DNA from: Parvibaculum sp.
Lineage (GTDB): Bacteria > Pseudomonadota > Alphaproteobacteria > Parvibaculales > Parvibaculaceae
Length of the DNA: 64,000 bases
NCBI RefSeq assembly: GCF_045863935.1
Contig: NZ_BTVP01000007.1
Location: 38,161 to 102,160, forward strand
Reading direction: 5' to 3'
Shown one piece after another: positions 26,107 to 35,531 of this stretch. The notes under the pieces are model-generated. The model saw only the letters and a program-made list of their open reading frames with translations, was not told the DNA's origin and ran no database searches. Each line of letters begins with the position of its first letter. Within the stretch, counting starts at the first letter, position 1. The position numbers and the translations under genes are program-made.

Positions 26107-27171
26107 TCACACATAGGTTTTATGGTGTGGAAGCATGTGCGATTGCGTGCGCGTTTGTTGGCAGCGTACGGAATGGTCAGCGCGCTGACCGAGTGTGCCA
26201 TTCTGACCTTCTATCCGGGCACGGAAGTCCTTGGGCGAGCAGCCGTTCCATTTGCGAAAGGCGCGACGAAAATTGGCGACATCGTCGAAGCCGAGAAGCG
26301 AGGCAACGTCGGCAACCGTGAGCGGCGTCTCGCGCAGATATTCGCGCGCCAGATAGCTCCGTACGTCGTCGACGATAGCCCGATAGGAAGAGCGCTCTGC
26401 ATCAAGGCGGCGACGCAATGTTCTTTCGCTCATGTTGAGACGCCGCGCGGCCTCGTCCATTCCCGGGAACCGGCCGCGCGCGCCGAGAATCATGCGCCGC
26501 ACTTCGCCACCCAGACCGCTCGCCGCATTCATGTCGCGCAATAGCCGTTCGCACTGTCTGCGATACATATCCGCAACCGGAATTTCGGCGGCAGAAAGCG
26601 GCTGATCTATGCGCGCGTTCGGGCCAATGAAGCGGTTGACGCGATGACCGAAAGAGACGCGAACACCAAAGTAGCGGCTATAGGCCTCCTCTGGCATCTG
26701 TGGCAGATAGGCGAGTTCGACCCTGCATTCCTCCGGGAGCGGCCCGATCAACTGACGCAAGGCAGCGAGGACGCCGGCGAAAAACAGCTCCACCATGAAA
26801 TTCGGCGCGCCCTTGACTTCGAAGGGCGGCTCGAAAGTCAGGACAGCTTTATCTCCGGTGAAGGCGAGCTGAATGCATCCCTGCGCGCCATGCAGGGGGC
26901 TATACTGGATCATCAATCCGGCCGCCTGACGGAGGCTTCGGCTACTCAGTATGGCGTGCCCCAGAAGCCCGTGTGTACCCAAGTGCATGCTGGAGCCCAG
27001 ACGCAGGGCGATCGTTGGCTCCTGCGTCAACGCCACGAGGTTCTCCGACATCTCGCGGAATTCATCTTCCGACACCGCACCTGTACGCGGTACGGGGAAG
27101 AGCGCGGGATCGTGGTTCAGATCACGCAGTACGGCGGAAACAATCTCGACATAACCGGGCTCTATGCGCAT
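26107..27171 (-). CDS. AraC family transcriptional regulator
   Basis: 354 aa with a C-terminal double HTH (VADVASLLGFDDVANFRRAFRKWNGCSPKDFR). Confidence 0.85.
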   Translation of the reverse strand: MRIEPGYVEIVSAVLRDLNHDPALFPVPRTGAVSEDEFREMSENLVALTQEPTIALRLGSSMHLGTHGLLGHAILSSRSLRQAAGLMIQYSPLHGAQGCIQLAFTGDKAVLTFEPPFEVKGAPNFMVELFFAGVLAALRQLIGPLPEECRVELAYLPQMPEEAYSRYFGVRVSFGHRVNRFIGPNARIDQPLSAAEIPVADMYRRQCERLLRDMNAASGLGGEVRRMILGARGRFPGMDEAARRLNMSERTLRRRLDAERSSYRAIVDDVRSYLAREYLRETPLTVADVASLLGFDDVANFRRAFRKWNGCSPKDFRARIEGQNGTLGQRADHSVRCQQTRTQSHMLPHHKTYV

Positions 27172-27291
27172 TGCGTGTCCGAATCTGACCCCCAGCTTGG
27201 CCGAACATGACCTCCTGCCTGCGGAGAAATTCCCTATCTAAGGCGTCATCGAACGCTGACGGAGCGTTTCCTTCGCAAAGGCAGGATCAAG

Positions 27292-28140
27292 ATGCACAAC
27301 TCTTCCCTCTCCCGCACGCCACAAAATGTCGAAATTGTGCCTCGGAACCGGCAATTCAACATCGAGGAAGTGCTGGCAACGAACTGGCATAGCAATGACG
27401 CATTCAAAACAGCGTTTTTCGACGCGATGTCCATTCTCTTTCCCCTCGGCGAACAATTCTTCATCGATAGCGTGAAAGAGTTTCGTGAAAAGATCGAGGA
27501 TCCGGAACTTCAACGCCGGGTTCGCGGCTTCATGGCTCAGGAGTCCATCCACCGTCGCGAGCACCAGCGCTACAACGAAATCCTCTGTCGCGCGCGGGGT
27601 GTCCCACTCAAGAAGATGGAAGCCGTCGTAGAGCGCCGGCAGGAGTTCGCGCGCACCCACCTCCGGCCGATCCAGAGACTGAGCGCCACCGTTGCGCTCG
27701 AACATCTGACGGCAATACTTGCCGACGCCACCTTCCGCAATCCGGAGGGGCTGGAGGGAGCCCACCCGGAAATGAAGGCTCTGTGGCATTGGCATGCCCT
27801 TGAAGAGACGGAGCACAAATCCGTTGCCTTTGATGTTTTCGTCGCGGTCGACGGATCGACCTGGCGCAGGCGCCTGTCCATGGCTCTCGTGACGCTCGAA
27901 TTCACGCAGCACGTCATCCGGAACATGCGGCTTCTTCTGCGTGACTATGAAGGATCGCGCATGAAGCTCTGGTTTGGCGGATTGAAGTTTCTCTTCGGCG
28001 CCAAAGGCGCTCTTCGCGGGTTGCTGCGGCCCTACCTCGATTTCTACAAGAAAGACTTCCATCCCTGGGACCACGACAACCGGGAACTCGTTTCCTCCGT
28101 GATGTCCGAGTTCGGCGGCGGCGCCGTCAACCCGATCTGA
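27292..28140 (+). CDS. Predicted metal-dependent hydrolase family protein
   Basis: 282 aa with motifs FFDAMSILFPLGEQFF, MAQESIHRREH and WHWHALEETEHKSVAFDVF, typical of the 'predicted metal-dependent hydrolase' family. Confidence 0.75.
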   Translation: MHNSSLSRTPQNVEIVPRNRQFNIEEVLATNWHSNDAFKTAFFDAMSILFPLGEQFFIDSVKEFREKIEDPELQRRVRGFMAQESIHRREHQRYNEILCRARGVPLKKMEAVVERRQEFARTHLRPIQRLSATVALEHLTAILADATFRNPEGLEGAHPEMKALWHWHALEETEHKSVAFDVFVAVDGSTWRRRLSMALVTLEFTQHVIRNMRLLLRDYEGSRMKLWFGGLKFLFGAKGALRGLLRPYLDFYKKDFHPWDHDNRELVSSVMSEFGGGAVNPI

Positions 28141-28168
28141 CCGAACGCCCAGAGGGAGGCAAGAGACG

Positions 28169-29584
28169 ATGGCGATGCGGGCCGAAGCAGTGGAGGCCAT
28201 ATACGGGCCTGGCGTCATTCCGGCCCGGCCCGTGCCTCCCAAGGCGCCGCCGGGTCTCTTCGCCACGCTTACGAAGCCCCATCTCCTCGCCAACCTCATC
28301 GCTTCCTTTCCGGAGTACTGGTATGAGGTACGCCATTGCGACTTCCGTGTCGGTTTGTCGCGCAGCGGACGGGGCATTGTCATCAACGACCCGGAAGCCC
28401 TGAGGCGGATTCTGGTCACGGACGCCGAGAATTTCCCCAAAGAGGAGAATCAGCTCGCCATCCTGAAACCTCTCCTCGGCAATGGCCTCCTGACGGCTGA
28501 GGGTGGGACATGGCGGCGCAACCGCAAGCTTGCCGCCCCCATCTTCCAACACTCAAGCGTGCGTGACTTCGCGCCGCTCTTCGTGCGCGCCGCCGAAAGG
28601 TCGGCGCGCCGCACGCTCGAACGCCAGGGTGTCTACCGGATCGACCAGGAGATGACGAAGCTTACACTGGAGATCATTGGCGAAGCGGTGCTTAGCGCAG
28701 ACCTTGATGACAGCATCGATGACATCTCTCACACGGTCACCGCTGTACTGGACAAATTTCCGGCGATGTTCCTCGCTTCCGCCTACCTCCCGTCGAAGCT
28801 CCGCAACCGGTTCATCGAATCGATCGTTCAACCCGGCCGCAAAAAACTCGACCTGTTTGCACGCGCCATCATCGAGGAGGCGAAAGAGGCGGGAAGCGAG
28901 ACAACGCTGATGCACCGGTTGATGTCGGCCTCGCAGCACGAGGAAGGCCACGCCATGAGCCTGGACGAGGTGCGCGACGAGGTTGCGACCTTTCTGCTTG
29001 CCGGCCACGAGACGACCGCCACGACCCTTTCCTGGGCATGGTATCTGCTCACCCTCTACCCGGAATGGCAGGATCGGCTCTATGAAGAAGTTCACAGCGT
29101 GACGGGAGGCAGACGCCTCACGGCGGACGATGTTCCTTCGCTTCCGCTGACGCGAGCCGTCATCGACGAAACGTTGCGGCTTTACCCGGTTGTTCCGAAC
29201 CTGCTGCGGCGGGCCGTCACATCGATCGAGGTGGCCCCGGGCATCAAGGTCCGAAAGGGCGACACCGTGCTCATGTCGCCATGGGTAGTGCACCGTCACA
29301 AGCGATACTGGCGGGATCCGGAGTTGTTTGACCCCATGCGGTTTACAGGCGAAGAGGCCGCAGGACGGCCCCGGCAACTCTACATGCCGTTCGGCGGCGG
29401 GCCACGCATCTGCATCGGCATGAGCTTCGCCATCATGGAAGCAGTTCTCATCCTCGGCACCTATGTACAACGCGCGCGGATCAAGATCCTGAATGCGGCC
29501 AAGGTAATGCCGCAGGCGCGGATCGTTCTCCGGCCGAATGTTCCGCTGGAAGCAGTTGTTTCTCCTCGGAGAATCGATGCCTAG
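28169..29584 (+). CDS. Cytochrome P450
   Basis: 471 aa with I-helix LLAGHETTA, the ETLRLYP (ExxR) motif and the heme-thiolate loop FGGGPRICIGMSFA. Confidence 0.92.
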   Translation: MAMRAEAVEAIYGPGVIPARPVPPKAPPGLFATLTKPHLLANLIASFPEYWYEVRHCDFRVGLSRSGRGIVINDPEALRRILVTDAENFPKEENQLAILKPLLGNGLLTAEGGTWRRNRKLAAPIFQHSSVRDFAPLFVRAAERSARRTLERQGVYRIDQEMTKLTLEIIGEAVLSADLDDSIDDISHTVTAVLDKFPAMFLASAYLPSKLRNRFIESIVQPGRKKLDLFARAIIEEAKEAGSETTLMHRLMSASQHEEGHAMSLDEVRDEVATFLLAGHETTATTLSWAWYLLTLYPEWQDRLYEEVHSVTGGRRLTADDVPSLPLTRAVIDETLRLYPVVPNLLRRAVTSIEVAPGIKVRKGDTVLMSPWVVHRHKRYWRDPELFDPMRFTGEEAAGRPRQLYMPFGGGPRICIGMSFAIMEAVLILGTYVQRARIKILNAAKVMPQARIVLRPNVPLEAVVSPRRIDA

Positions 29585-29732
29585 CGCTGACGCCTCGCCC
29601 AAAGCTGCACGACATCACTCGACAAAAGGCGACAACACTAAATCAAGTTGTTTGACTCAGCTTGCTAGATTTCTCCCGAACGTTCCGCCGGAAAGTTGCG
29701 CAAGCCCCGGCTCAACGAAAGGAAGAAACAAC

Positions 29733-30143
29733 ATGAGCAGAATGTCCCGGAGAATCTCTGCAACCTGCGTCCTTGCTGTGGCGCTGATCTCATTCCACCC
29801 CGCCATCGCGGTGGAGACCTATTCGCTGCAAACCGGCGCCGATCTGGCGCGGGTGTGCGCAACCCCTTCGGATGCGAAGTTGCTGAGCGACGACGACCGG
29901 CAGCGGCTCGCCATATGCGGATCCTACATCCAGGGATTTCTCGGGCACTATGCGATCGCCCGCAGAAGCATGAATGAACCCGGCTTTTGCTTGCCGGCCG
30001 AAGGCGTCAGTGCGGAGAACGTTCGCCAGCTCTTCCTGGCGCTTCTGGAGCAACGACCGCAAATCCGGGACTTGCCCGCCAATCTCGATCTCGCGACGAG
30101 CCTTGCCTGGGGTTACTCATGCCAGAAGAAGAATGCCCAATAG
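29733..30143 (+). CDS. Secreted Rap1a/Tai4-like domain protein
   Basis: Start MSRMSRRISATCVLAVALISFHPAIA (signal peptide, RBS AAGGAAG). The pattern ICGSYIQGF ... PGFCLPAEGVSAENVRQLFLALLEQRP ... LAWGYSC resembles the Rap1a immunity fold as I recall it. Confidence 0.5.
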   Translation: MSRMSRRISATCVLAVALISFHPAIAVETYSLQTGADLARVCATPSDAKLLSDDDRQRLAICGSYIQGFLGHYAIARRSMNEPGFCLPAEGVSAENVRQLFLALLEQRPQIRDLPANLDLATSLAWGYSCQKKNAQ

Positions 30144-30166
30144 GCGCCCAAACAACCGGGTGGAAC

Positions 30167-30340
30167 CTAGTTATGGAAGCCTTCGTTTACATCGCAACGC
30201 TTGCGCCACTCGGAGAGCAGCGCCACCAGAAGGTCCCGAAGTTCATCGTCGCTCAGACTTTCGACGGCGCCGGCGAGGTCCGTCGCGCGATCGTCGATAG
30301 GATTCTGGCTGGTATCCATGATGTCGCAATCAGAGTTCAT
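30167..30340 (-). CDS. Possible small acidic protein (57 aa)
   Basis: Hand-translated as MNSDCDIMDTSQNPIDDRATDLAGAVESLSDDELRDLLVALLSEWRKRCDVNEGFHN. It is below the ORF-track size cutoff and no homolog is recognised. Confidence 0.2.
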   Translation of the reverse strand: MNSDCDIMDTSQNPIDDRATDLAGAVESLSDDELRDLLVALLSEWRKRCDVNEGFHN

Positions 30341-30724
30341 GGCCTGATCCTCAGTATGACGCTACTCGAGTCGCAGCCGCCTTGGTGCAGAACATGTTCG
30401 ACCTTGCCGGGAAAAACACGCCGCAAGGTGTAGAAAACTGTACGGATTGGTAAATGCGGGGGAAGAAAATGACTCCCGGTTTCCGGTGATCAAGGAAAGC
30501 GGAGCACAGATACGCAGTTTCAAGAAATCATCTGTATCTGTGTGACTGATTTTAAGAAAAGAACGCAAAGCCTGGAGTCTAAGGTGAAAGTTCGTGACGT
30601 CCGATTTGGTATAGGATTCTTAAACGACGAGAGACTAGACTTCGGTGAGGTTGTGAATGTGGGTATGAGGGTGCCTTGATTCCGTAATTTGGCAGCTGTT
30701 GTTCAGTGCGGTGGGAGGGAAAAG

Positions 30725-31501
30725 ATGACGGTGACTGCAGAACAGAATGGGTCGGCAAACTCGGCCGGTGTGCACGCAGCATCACTTCTGCTTGTCGATG
30801 ACGATCCCGAAATCCGGGAAGAAATGAAATCATATCTGAGCGCGAACGGCATGGCTGTGACCGAAGCGGCCGATGCCCAGTCCGCGCTACAGGCTTTTGC
30901 CGAGAACAAGTTCGACCTTGTCGTGCTGGATCTCCTCCTCGGATCCGACAATGGTTTCGATGTTCTTCGTGAAATCCGTCAAACCCACATGACGCCCTGC
31001 ATCATGGTGACGGGTCAGGGAGAAGCTACCGACAAGGTTGTAGGTCTGGAGCTTGGCGCCGACGATTATGTCGTGAAGCCCGTCAACCTTCGGGAGTTGC
31101 TCGCACGCATCCGCGCCTTGCTTCGCCGCAGCGGCAATTCCGGCGGATCCAGTTCACGCAAGCATGCTGCCGGTCCGGACGATCAGGGCGAAGCCGCGTC
31201 CCGCTGGAAGTTCGATCCGCATCGCCGCCGGCTCTCGACACCGGACGGGTCGCTGGTTCCGCTCACTACGGCCGAGTGCGATTTGCTGATCGAGCTTGTG
31301 GCGCATGAAGGAAATCCTCAAACGCGCGAGGATCTTTGCCGCCGTGTCTTCAATCGCCAATGGCAACCCTACGACCGGAGCCTCGACAGCATTGTCGTGA
31401 AACTTCGGCGCAAGCTGGAACCGAATCCCGACCATCCGATGGTAATCAAGACGATACGAGGCAAGGGTTACCTCTTCACCGGCTTTCCGAGTACGGAGTA
31501 G
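30725..31501 (+). CDS. OmpR/PhoB-family response regulator
   Basis: REC domain (LLLVDDDPEIRE, LVVLDLLLG) plus a winged helix (VKLRRKLEPNPDHPMVIKTIRGKGYLF). The ATG at 30725 follows GGGAGGGAAAAG. Confidence 0.88.
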   Translation: MTVTAEQNGSANSAGVHAASLLLVDDDPEIREEMKSYLSANGMAVTEAADAQSALQAFAENKFDLVVLDLLLGSDNGFDVLREIRQTHMTPCIMVTGQGEATDKVVGLELGADDYVVKPVNLRELLARIRALLRRSGNSGGSSSRKHAAGPDDQGEAASRWKFDPHRRRLSTPDGSLVPLTTAECDLLIELVAHEGNPQTREDLCRRVFNRQWQPYDRSLDSIVVKLRRKLEPNPDHPMVIKTIRGKGYLFTGFPSTE

Positions 31502-31506
31502 GCTGG

Positions 31507-33621
31507 TCAGCCCGGAGCACGCGGCAGAACAAGCGCGACGTAGCCACCGCCTTCATGGTTGCCAAGCTCGATGCGGCCGCCGCTTTCGCGGATGATCGTA
31601 TCGCAGATAGCGAGGCCAAGGCCCGTTCCATGCTCTGCCGACTTTGTCGTGAAGAAGGGTTCGAGCGCGCGGGCCAATACCTCCTGACGGAAGCCGGGTC
31701 CGCTATCCTCAACGCGCAGTGAGATCTCACCCTTGCCGCCGGAAGAGGGAGCGGCACGAATCCGGATCACCCCCTCGTCACGCTCGTGTTTTGCACCGAT
31801 GCCGGAAATCGCGTCGACTGCGTTCTGAATGAGGTTGCCGAGAACCTGTTCGAATTGAAGCTGATCGCCTATGACCGCCAGGCCTTCAGGCACATCGGCT
31901 TCGAAGCGCACGCCTGCACGCAAGAGTACGTGATGCATGATCGCCTCGACGTTCTCAACGAGGTCGCGAAGCAAAACGGTCGCCTGCTCTCCGGCGCTCT
32001 TGCGGCCGAAGCGGCGCATTCTGTCGATCACTTCGCTTGCGCGCTCCACTTGAGCGAGGACACGTTTCGTCTTTGACGCAACGGCCTCACCGTCCACCTC
32101 GGGTGCTTCCAGCAGTATTTCGAGATTCTGCACCGCAAGCGAAATTGTGTTGAGTGGCTGACGCAGCTCATGCGCGATGCTCGCCGACATCTGTCCAAGC
32201 GCGGCCATCTTGGCCGTCTGCGCGAGCTGGCTCTGCTCTTCGCGGAGGAGAAGCGCCTGCCGCAACAGAAGTGTGAGTCTGTCCGCAAAATCGAGATCTT
32301 CCGGCAAGAAGCCTTCCGCGCGACGTGTCGCGCACAGGAGGAAAGCAGCGTCGCCCCGCAACGGAAGGGGCAGGGCCGCGAAATGCCTGCCATCGAGACC
32401 AAATGCGTTTTGGAGACACCGACCTGTGGCCGTCTCCGCGTCGTACGCAGCGGCGGCACCGCCCCGCTCCCCCGCCGCAATCAGATCGAGCGCCCTCTCG
32501 GCATCCCTGCCAGGCGCACCATGCCGTGGCATGAGGAAGCGAACCCTGCCATCAAGACCTCGCTGCACGACACAGGCACCGCTCGCGCCAATGCATTCGC
32601 AGACGAGGGAGACGAGTTGCTCCATCTTCTCGCGCGTCGAGTCCTGAGCGAGGAGCAGTCGAAGTCCTTGAAGCATTGCTTCCGCTTCCCGGCGTTGACG
32701 TTCCTCCCGGAGACGCGCGCCCCGCATCAGAACCATCATGGCCGCCGTTTCCCGAGAGTGGTGACGCGCATCGCCGCCGCCTTCCGCGAGCGCTCCGACA
32801 AAACGGGAGTTTCCCAGGTCATCCTCGCGAGTGACCGCCGAAACGTAGAGACCGTCGGGAGAACCGCTATCGAACTCAACGCGCAGGCGACGAATGCTCC
32901 TCCGCTCACAGAGGATTTCCGCCAAGCTTCGCCTGTCGTCCGCGGCTCGCATTGAGGTAATGCTGACCCCGTCGACCAGAGAAGCCACATCGCTTCTGCC
33001 GTTCATGATGCGCCGGACCCGGACGATGCCGTCTTCTCCTGCTTCCCAGAGGATATCGGCGTCGAGTTCCAACCAGGACTGTGTCCTACTAATGAGATCC
33101 TCGAAACGTCGCCGATCCAGCATGGCTGCCATAGCGCTTCGAATCCGGACAATTGCCACGGCTGCTGCATTGGCAATAGCGCGGCCCTGCACGACGCATT
33201 CCCGCGATAGATCGCCGATGTGAAAAAAGACGGCTATGCGGAGACCCGTGTCACCGGAGAATGCGCCGTCGGATAGAAGCCCCTGCCATGATCCGGACTT
33301 CGCGGGCAACGGGTCGCTGTCCCGGCGGCTCGTCCGTGCATGCCAGTCCTCGAACAGATCACCATCACCGATCGCGAGACCGCCGCTGCGGCTGCACCAC
33401 AGGAGCCTTGCCTTGCCGGAGGCCGAGAGACCGAGCTCGCCTATTGCAACAGCTCCCGCAGCCATGTGCGCAAGATGGGACGTCGCACTCTCCAGCGCGG
33501 TCCGGAACTCGCTTTCGGTCTGCGCAAGAGCGAGCCCGAGCGAGACATCGGCAAACGAAGTCAGTATCTCCGCCGGACCATGCTCCAGATCGCCCCGTGC
33601 GCGCCGGCTCTCGACTGTCAT
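31507..33621 (-). CDS. Soluble sensor histidine kinase (large N-terminal GAF/PAS-like region)
   Basis: 704 aa with no obvious TM segment. H-box SASIAHELRQPLNTI and HATPase motifs (DSGPGF, GTGLGLAICDTII) are present. It starts 6 nt downstream of the tadE-like gene on the same strand. Confidence 0.85.
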   Translation of the reverse strand: MTVESRRARGDLEHGPAEILTSFADVSLGLALAQTESEFRTALESATSHLAHMAAGAVAIGELGLSASGKARLLWCSRSGGLAIGDGDLFEDWHARTSRRDSDPLPAKSGSWQGLLSDGAFSGDTGLRIAVFFHIGDLSRECVVQGRAIANAAAVAIVRIRSAMAAMLDRRRFEDLISRTQSWLELDADILWEAGEDGIVRVRRIMNGRSDVASLVDGVSITSMRAADDRRSLAEILCERRSIRRLRVEFDSGSPDGLYVSAVTREDDLGNSRFVGALAEGGGDARHHSRETAAMMVLMRGARLREERQRREAEAMLQGLRLLLAQDSTREKMEQLVSLVCECIGASGACVVQRGLDGRVRFLMPRHGAPGRDAERALDLIAAGERGGAAAAYDAETATGRCLQNAFGLDGRHFAALPLPLRGDAAFLLCATRRAEGFLPEDLDFADRLTLLLRQALLLREEQSQLAQTAKMAALGQMSASIAHELRQPLNTISLAVQNLEILLEAPEVDGEAVASKTKRVLAQVERASEVIDRMRRFGRKSAGEQATVLLRDLVENVEAIMHHVLLRAGVRFEADVPEGLAVIGDQLQFEQVLGNLIQNAVDAISGIGAKHERDEGVIRIRAAPSSGGKGEISLRVEDSGPGFRQEVLARALEPFFTTKSAEHGTGLGLAICDTIIRESGGRIELGNHEGGGYVALVLPRAPG

Positions 33622-33627
33622 GACGGT

Positions 33628-34104
33628 CTAGCCTGACGGATCGGTGACGACGAAGGTCGTCTCCACCCGCATCGTTGCTTCGGGAGTAGGAATGAAAGGC
33701 AACAAGGAAAATCGCGTGTCAGTGTAGTCGATCCGGACGAGAAGACGGTTGCCTTGCGTGTCTTCGGTTTCCTGGAAATCGAGCGCAGCGGATGCGGGGT
33801 CGATCAGAGGCGAGTAGGCGACGAGCGCACGGTTGATCGCATTCGTCGCATAGGTTTCGCGCTGCCCCGCATCGAGGCCCGCAACGGCCGCACGGCCACC
33901 CTCGGTCACCGCGTAGGACAAGGCGATGCGGGTCGCGAACTGGAATCCGTAGGAGATGATCCCGAAGAGAATAGCGAGGAAGACGGCAGCCACGAATGCG
34001 AACTCGATCGCGACAGAGCCGCTTTCGTCTCGGGTCATCCCTTGCAGGGGTGGCGCCTCTCCCGGAGGAGAAGCGCCAACCATTCTCTGTGAACGCAAAT
34101 ACAT
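33628..34104 (-). CDS. tadE: TadE-like pilus assembly protein (pseudopilin)
   Basis: N-terminal motif DESGSVAIEFAFVAAVFLAILFGIISYG, typical of the TadE/TadF family. The start may be the internal MTRDESG. Confidence 0.75.
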   Translation of the reverse strand: MYLRSQRMVGASPPGEAPPLQGMTRDESGSVAIEFAFVAAVFLAILFGIISYGFQFATRIALSYAVTEGGRAAVAGLDAGQRETYATNAINRALVAYSPLIDPASAALDFQETEDTQGNRLLVRIDYTDTRFSLLPFIPTPEATMRVETTFVVTDPSG

Positions 34105-34113
34105 GCAATAGCC

Positions 34114-34314
34114 TTAATCGGCCGCCGCTGTCGTCAGATCGGCCTGAACGTCGCCAAGAACGCTCTGAAGGCTGGTGCCAATGCCGGTTGGGCCACCGAC
34201 AATCGCCCACAGCCCGACCGCGATACCCGCCGCGAGCAGCCCGTACTCGACTGCGGAGATACCGCTCTCATCCTTCATGAACCGGCGCAGCAGCGCCTTT
34301 GTGCTTTCAGACAT
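34114..34314 (-). CDS. flp: Flp family type IVb pilin
   Basis: MSESTKALLRRFMKDESG/ISAVEYGLLAAGIAVGLWAIV, with the Flp G/xxxxEY processing motif. RBS GGAGGG lies 4 nt upstream of the ATG at 34314. Confidence 0.85.
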   Translation of the reverse strand: MSESTKALLRRFMKDESGISAVEYGLLAAGIAVGLWAIVGGPTGIGTSLQSVLGDVQADLTTAAAD

Positions 34315-34563
34315 CGAACCCTCCACTTTGTTCACGGCCGTTTCCGGCCACCCATTTCACCGGGCCCCCCAGCCCGGCTCCTCCACTCTGCACTGTCTTA
34401 CCTTGTAAATAGTCTAGCAGTTTCGGCCGCCCCGATTAGGGGTAATCTTGCTCTTCAATTACTAATCACCAATAAAACCACAACGCAAACATGGTTTCTT
34501 GCAGCACACGAGACGGCCCGGAATCTTCTTCACCTTGGCGCACACAATGCACGGCAGTCTTCA

Positions 34564-34821
34564 CTACCTTGATCCTGACGTCTTCTCCTCCGACTTCTTG
34601 CCGATACTTTCGAGGTAGGCGTCGTAGATCCGGTCCGCTTCGGCGGATTGCATGGGAGGCTGGCGGCCCTCTGCCGCATATTGCGCATCGAGAACGGCCT
34701 TCGCCCGCGACTCCGGCGGGACTACCGTGGTGTCGCGGGGCTCCGCGCAAGCGGCGAGGGAGGTGAGCCCAAGGACGGTAAAAGCAACCGCGAAGCTATT
34801 CGGAACCAAACGCCCCATCAC
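34564..34821 (-). CDS. Small Tad-associated lipoprotein (possibly DUF3613-like)
   Basis: 85 aa with lipobox LAAC. Its start overlaps the stop of the upstream TPR gene (ATGA). The motif AEADRIYDAYLESI resembles small proteins seen in Tad loci. Confidence 0.5.
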   Translation of the reverse strand: MMGRLVPNSFAVAFTVLGLTSLAACAEPRDTTVVPPESRAKAVLDAQYAAEGRQPPMQSAEADRIYDAYLESIGKKSEEKTSGSR

Positions 34822-35531
34822 ATGTCCTCCTCGGTTGTATTTTCGGTTCGCGACCGTTGCTCAAGCCATGCCGTGGCAAACGCTTGAACCTCGGCCCTTT
34901 CCCGCGTGGTCGAGATGCCCGAGAGGAGGCGTCTCGCCTCGCCGTCCTTGCCTGCCATCATGAGTGCTATCACCAAGTTGTTGCGTATGGACGTTGAGGC
35001 TGGATCCAGCTCCTGCGCCTGGCGCAGGTTGAATTCAGCCTCGGCAATGCCGTCTTTGCCTACGCATAGCTGCGCGTAACCGAGATTGTTGAGGAACTCG
35101 GCGCTGGAGGGACGCGCAGCGACCGCTCTCTGGAAATAGTCGACAGCCGCTGCCCAGTGGCCCTGCGCCGCCTTCACCCGGCCTACCCCGTTCAGACCGT
35201 CCGGTTTCAGGTCGGAACGTTCGAGATCGGAAAAGGCTTCAGCCGCAGCGTCGTACTGCTTCGTCCCCAGAAGCGCCTCGCCGTACAATCGGAGGAAATA
35301 CGGTGTCTTCTTCTCCTGCACGGCGTACTGGTCGAGATATGCAAGTGCCGCGCGGTAGCGTCCCTGCTCGATGAGCCCGTTCACGACGCTCAGGTAGAGC
35401 CGCGAGGTCGAGGCTTCATCGAGAGGCTTCACGCTGTTCGCGGCGGGGGAGACCGCCTCGATAGGATCGAAACCATAGTCGGCACAGGCTGAAACCCAGA
35501 GACACGCCGCTACTGCAATGATCTTCTTCAT
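34818..35531 (-). CDS. tadD: TPR-repeat lipoprotein (TadD-like)
   Basis: MKKIIAVAACLWVSAC lipobox and multiple TPR-like repeats (ALAYLDQY, AAEAFSDL, AVDYFQRAV, LGYAQL). It sits after tadC. Confidence 0.72.
   Translation of the reverse strand: MKKIIAVAACLWVSACADYGFDPIEAVSPAANSVKPLDEASTSRLYLSVVNGLIEQGRYRAALAYLDQYAVQEKKTPYFLRLYGEALLGTKQYDAAAEAFSDLERSDLKPDGLNGVGRVKAAQGHWAAAVDYFQRAVAARPSSAEFLNNLGYAQLCVGKDGIAEAEFNLRQAQELDPASTSIRNNLVIALMMAGKDGEARRLLSGISTTRERAEVQAFATAWLEQRSRTENTTEEDM

Noticed and set aside
27238-29602. ORFs 27238-28440 and 28553-29602 on the minus strand
   Set aside because: They are opposite the metal-hydrolase and P450 genes, which have diagnostic motifs (HxxEH-type, FGGGPRICIG). 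These are shadow ORFs.
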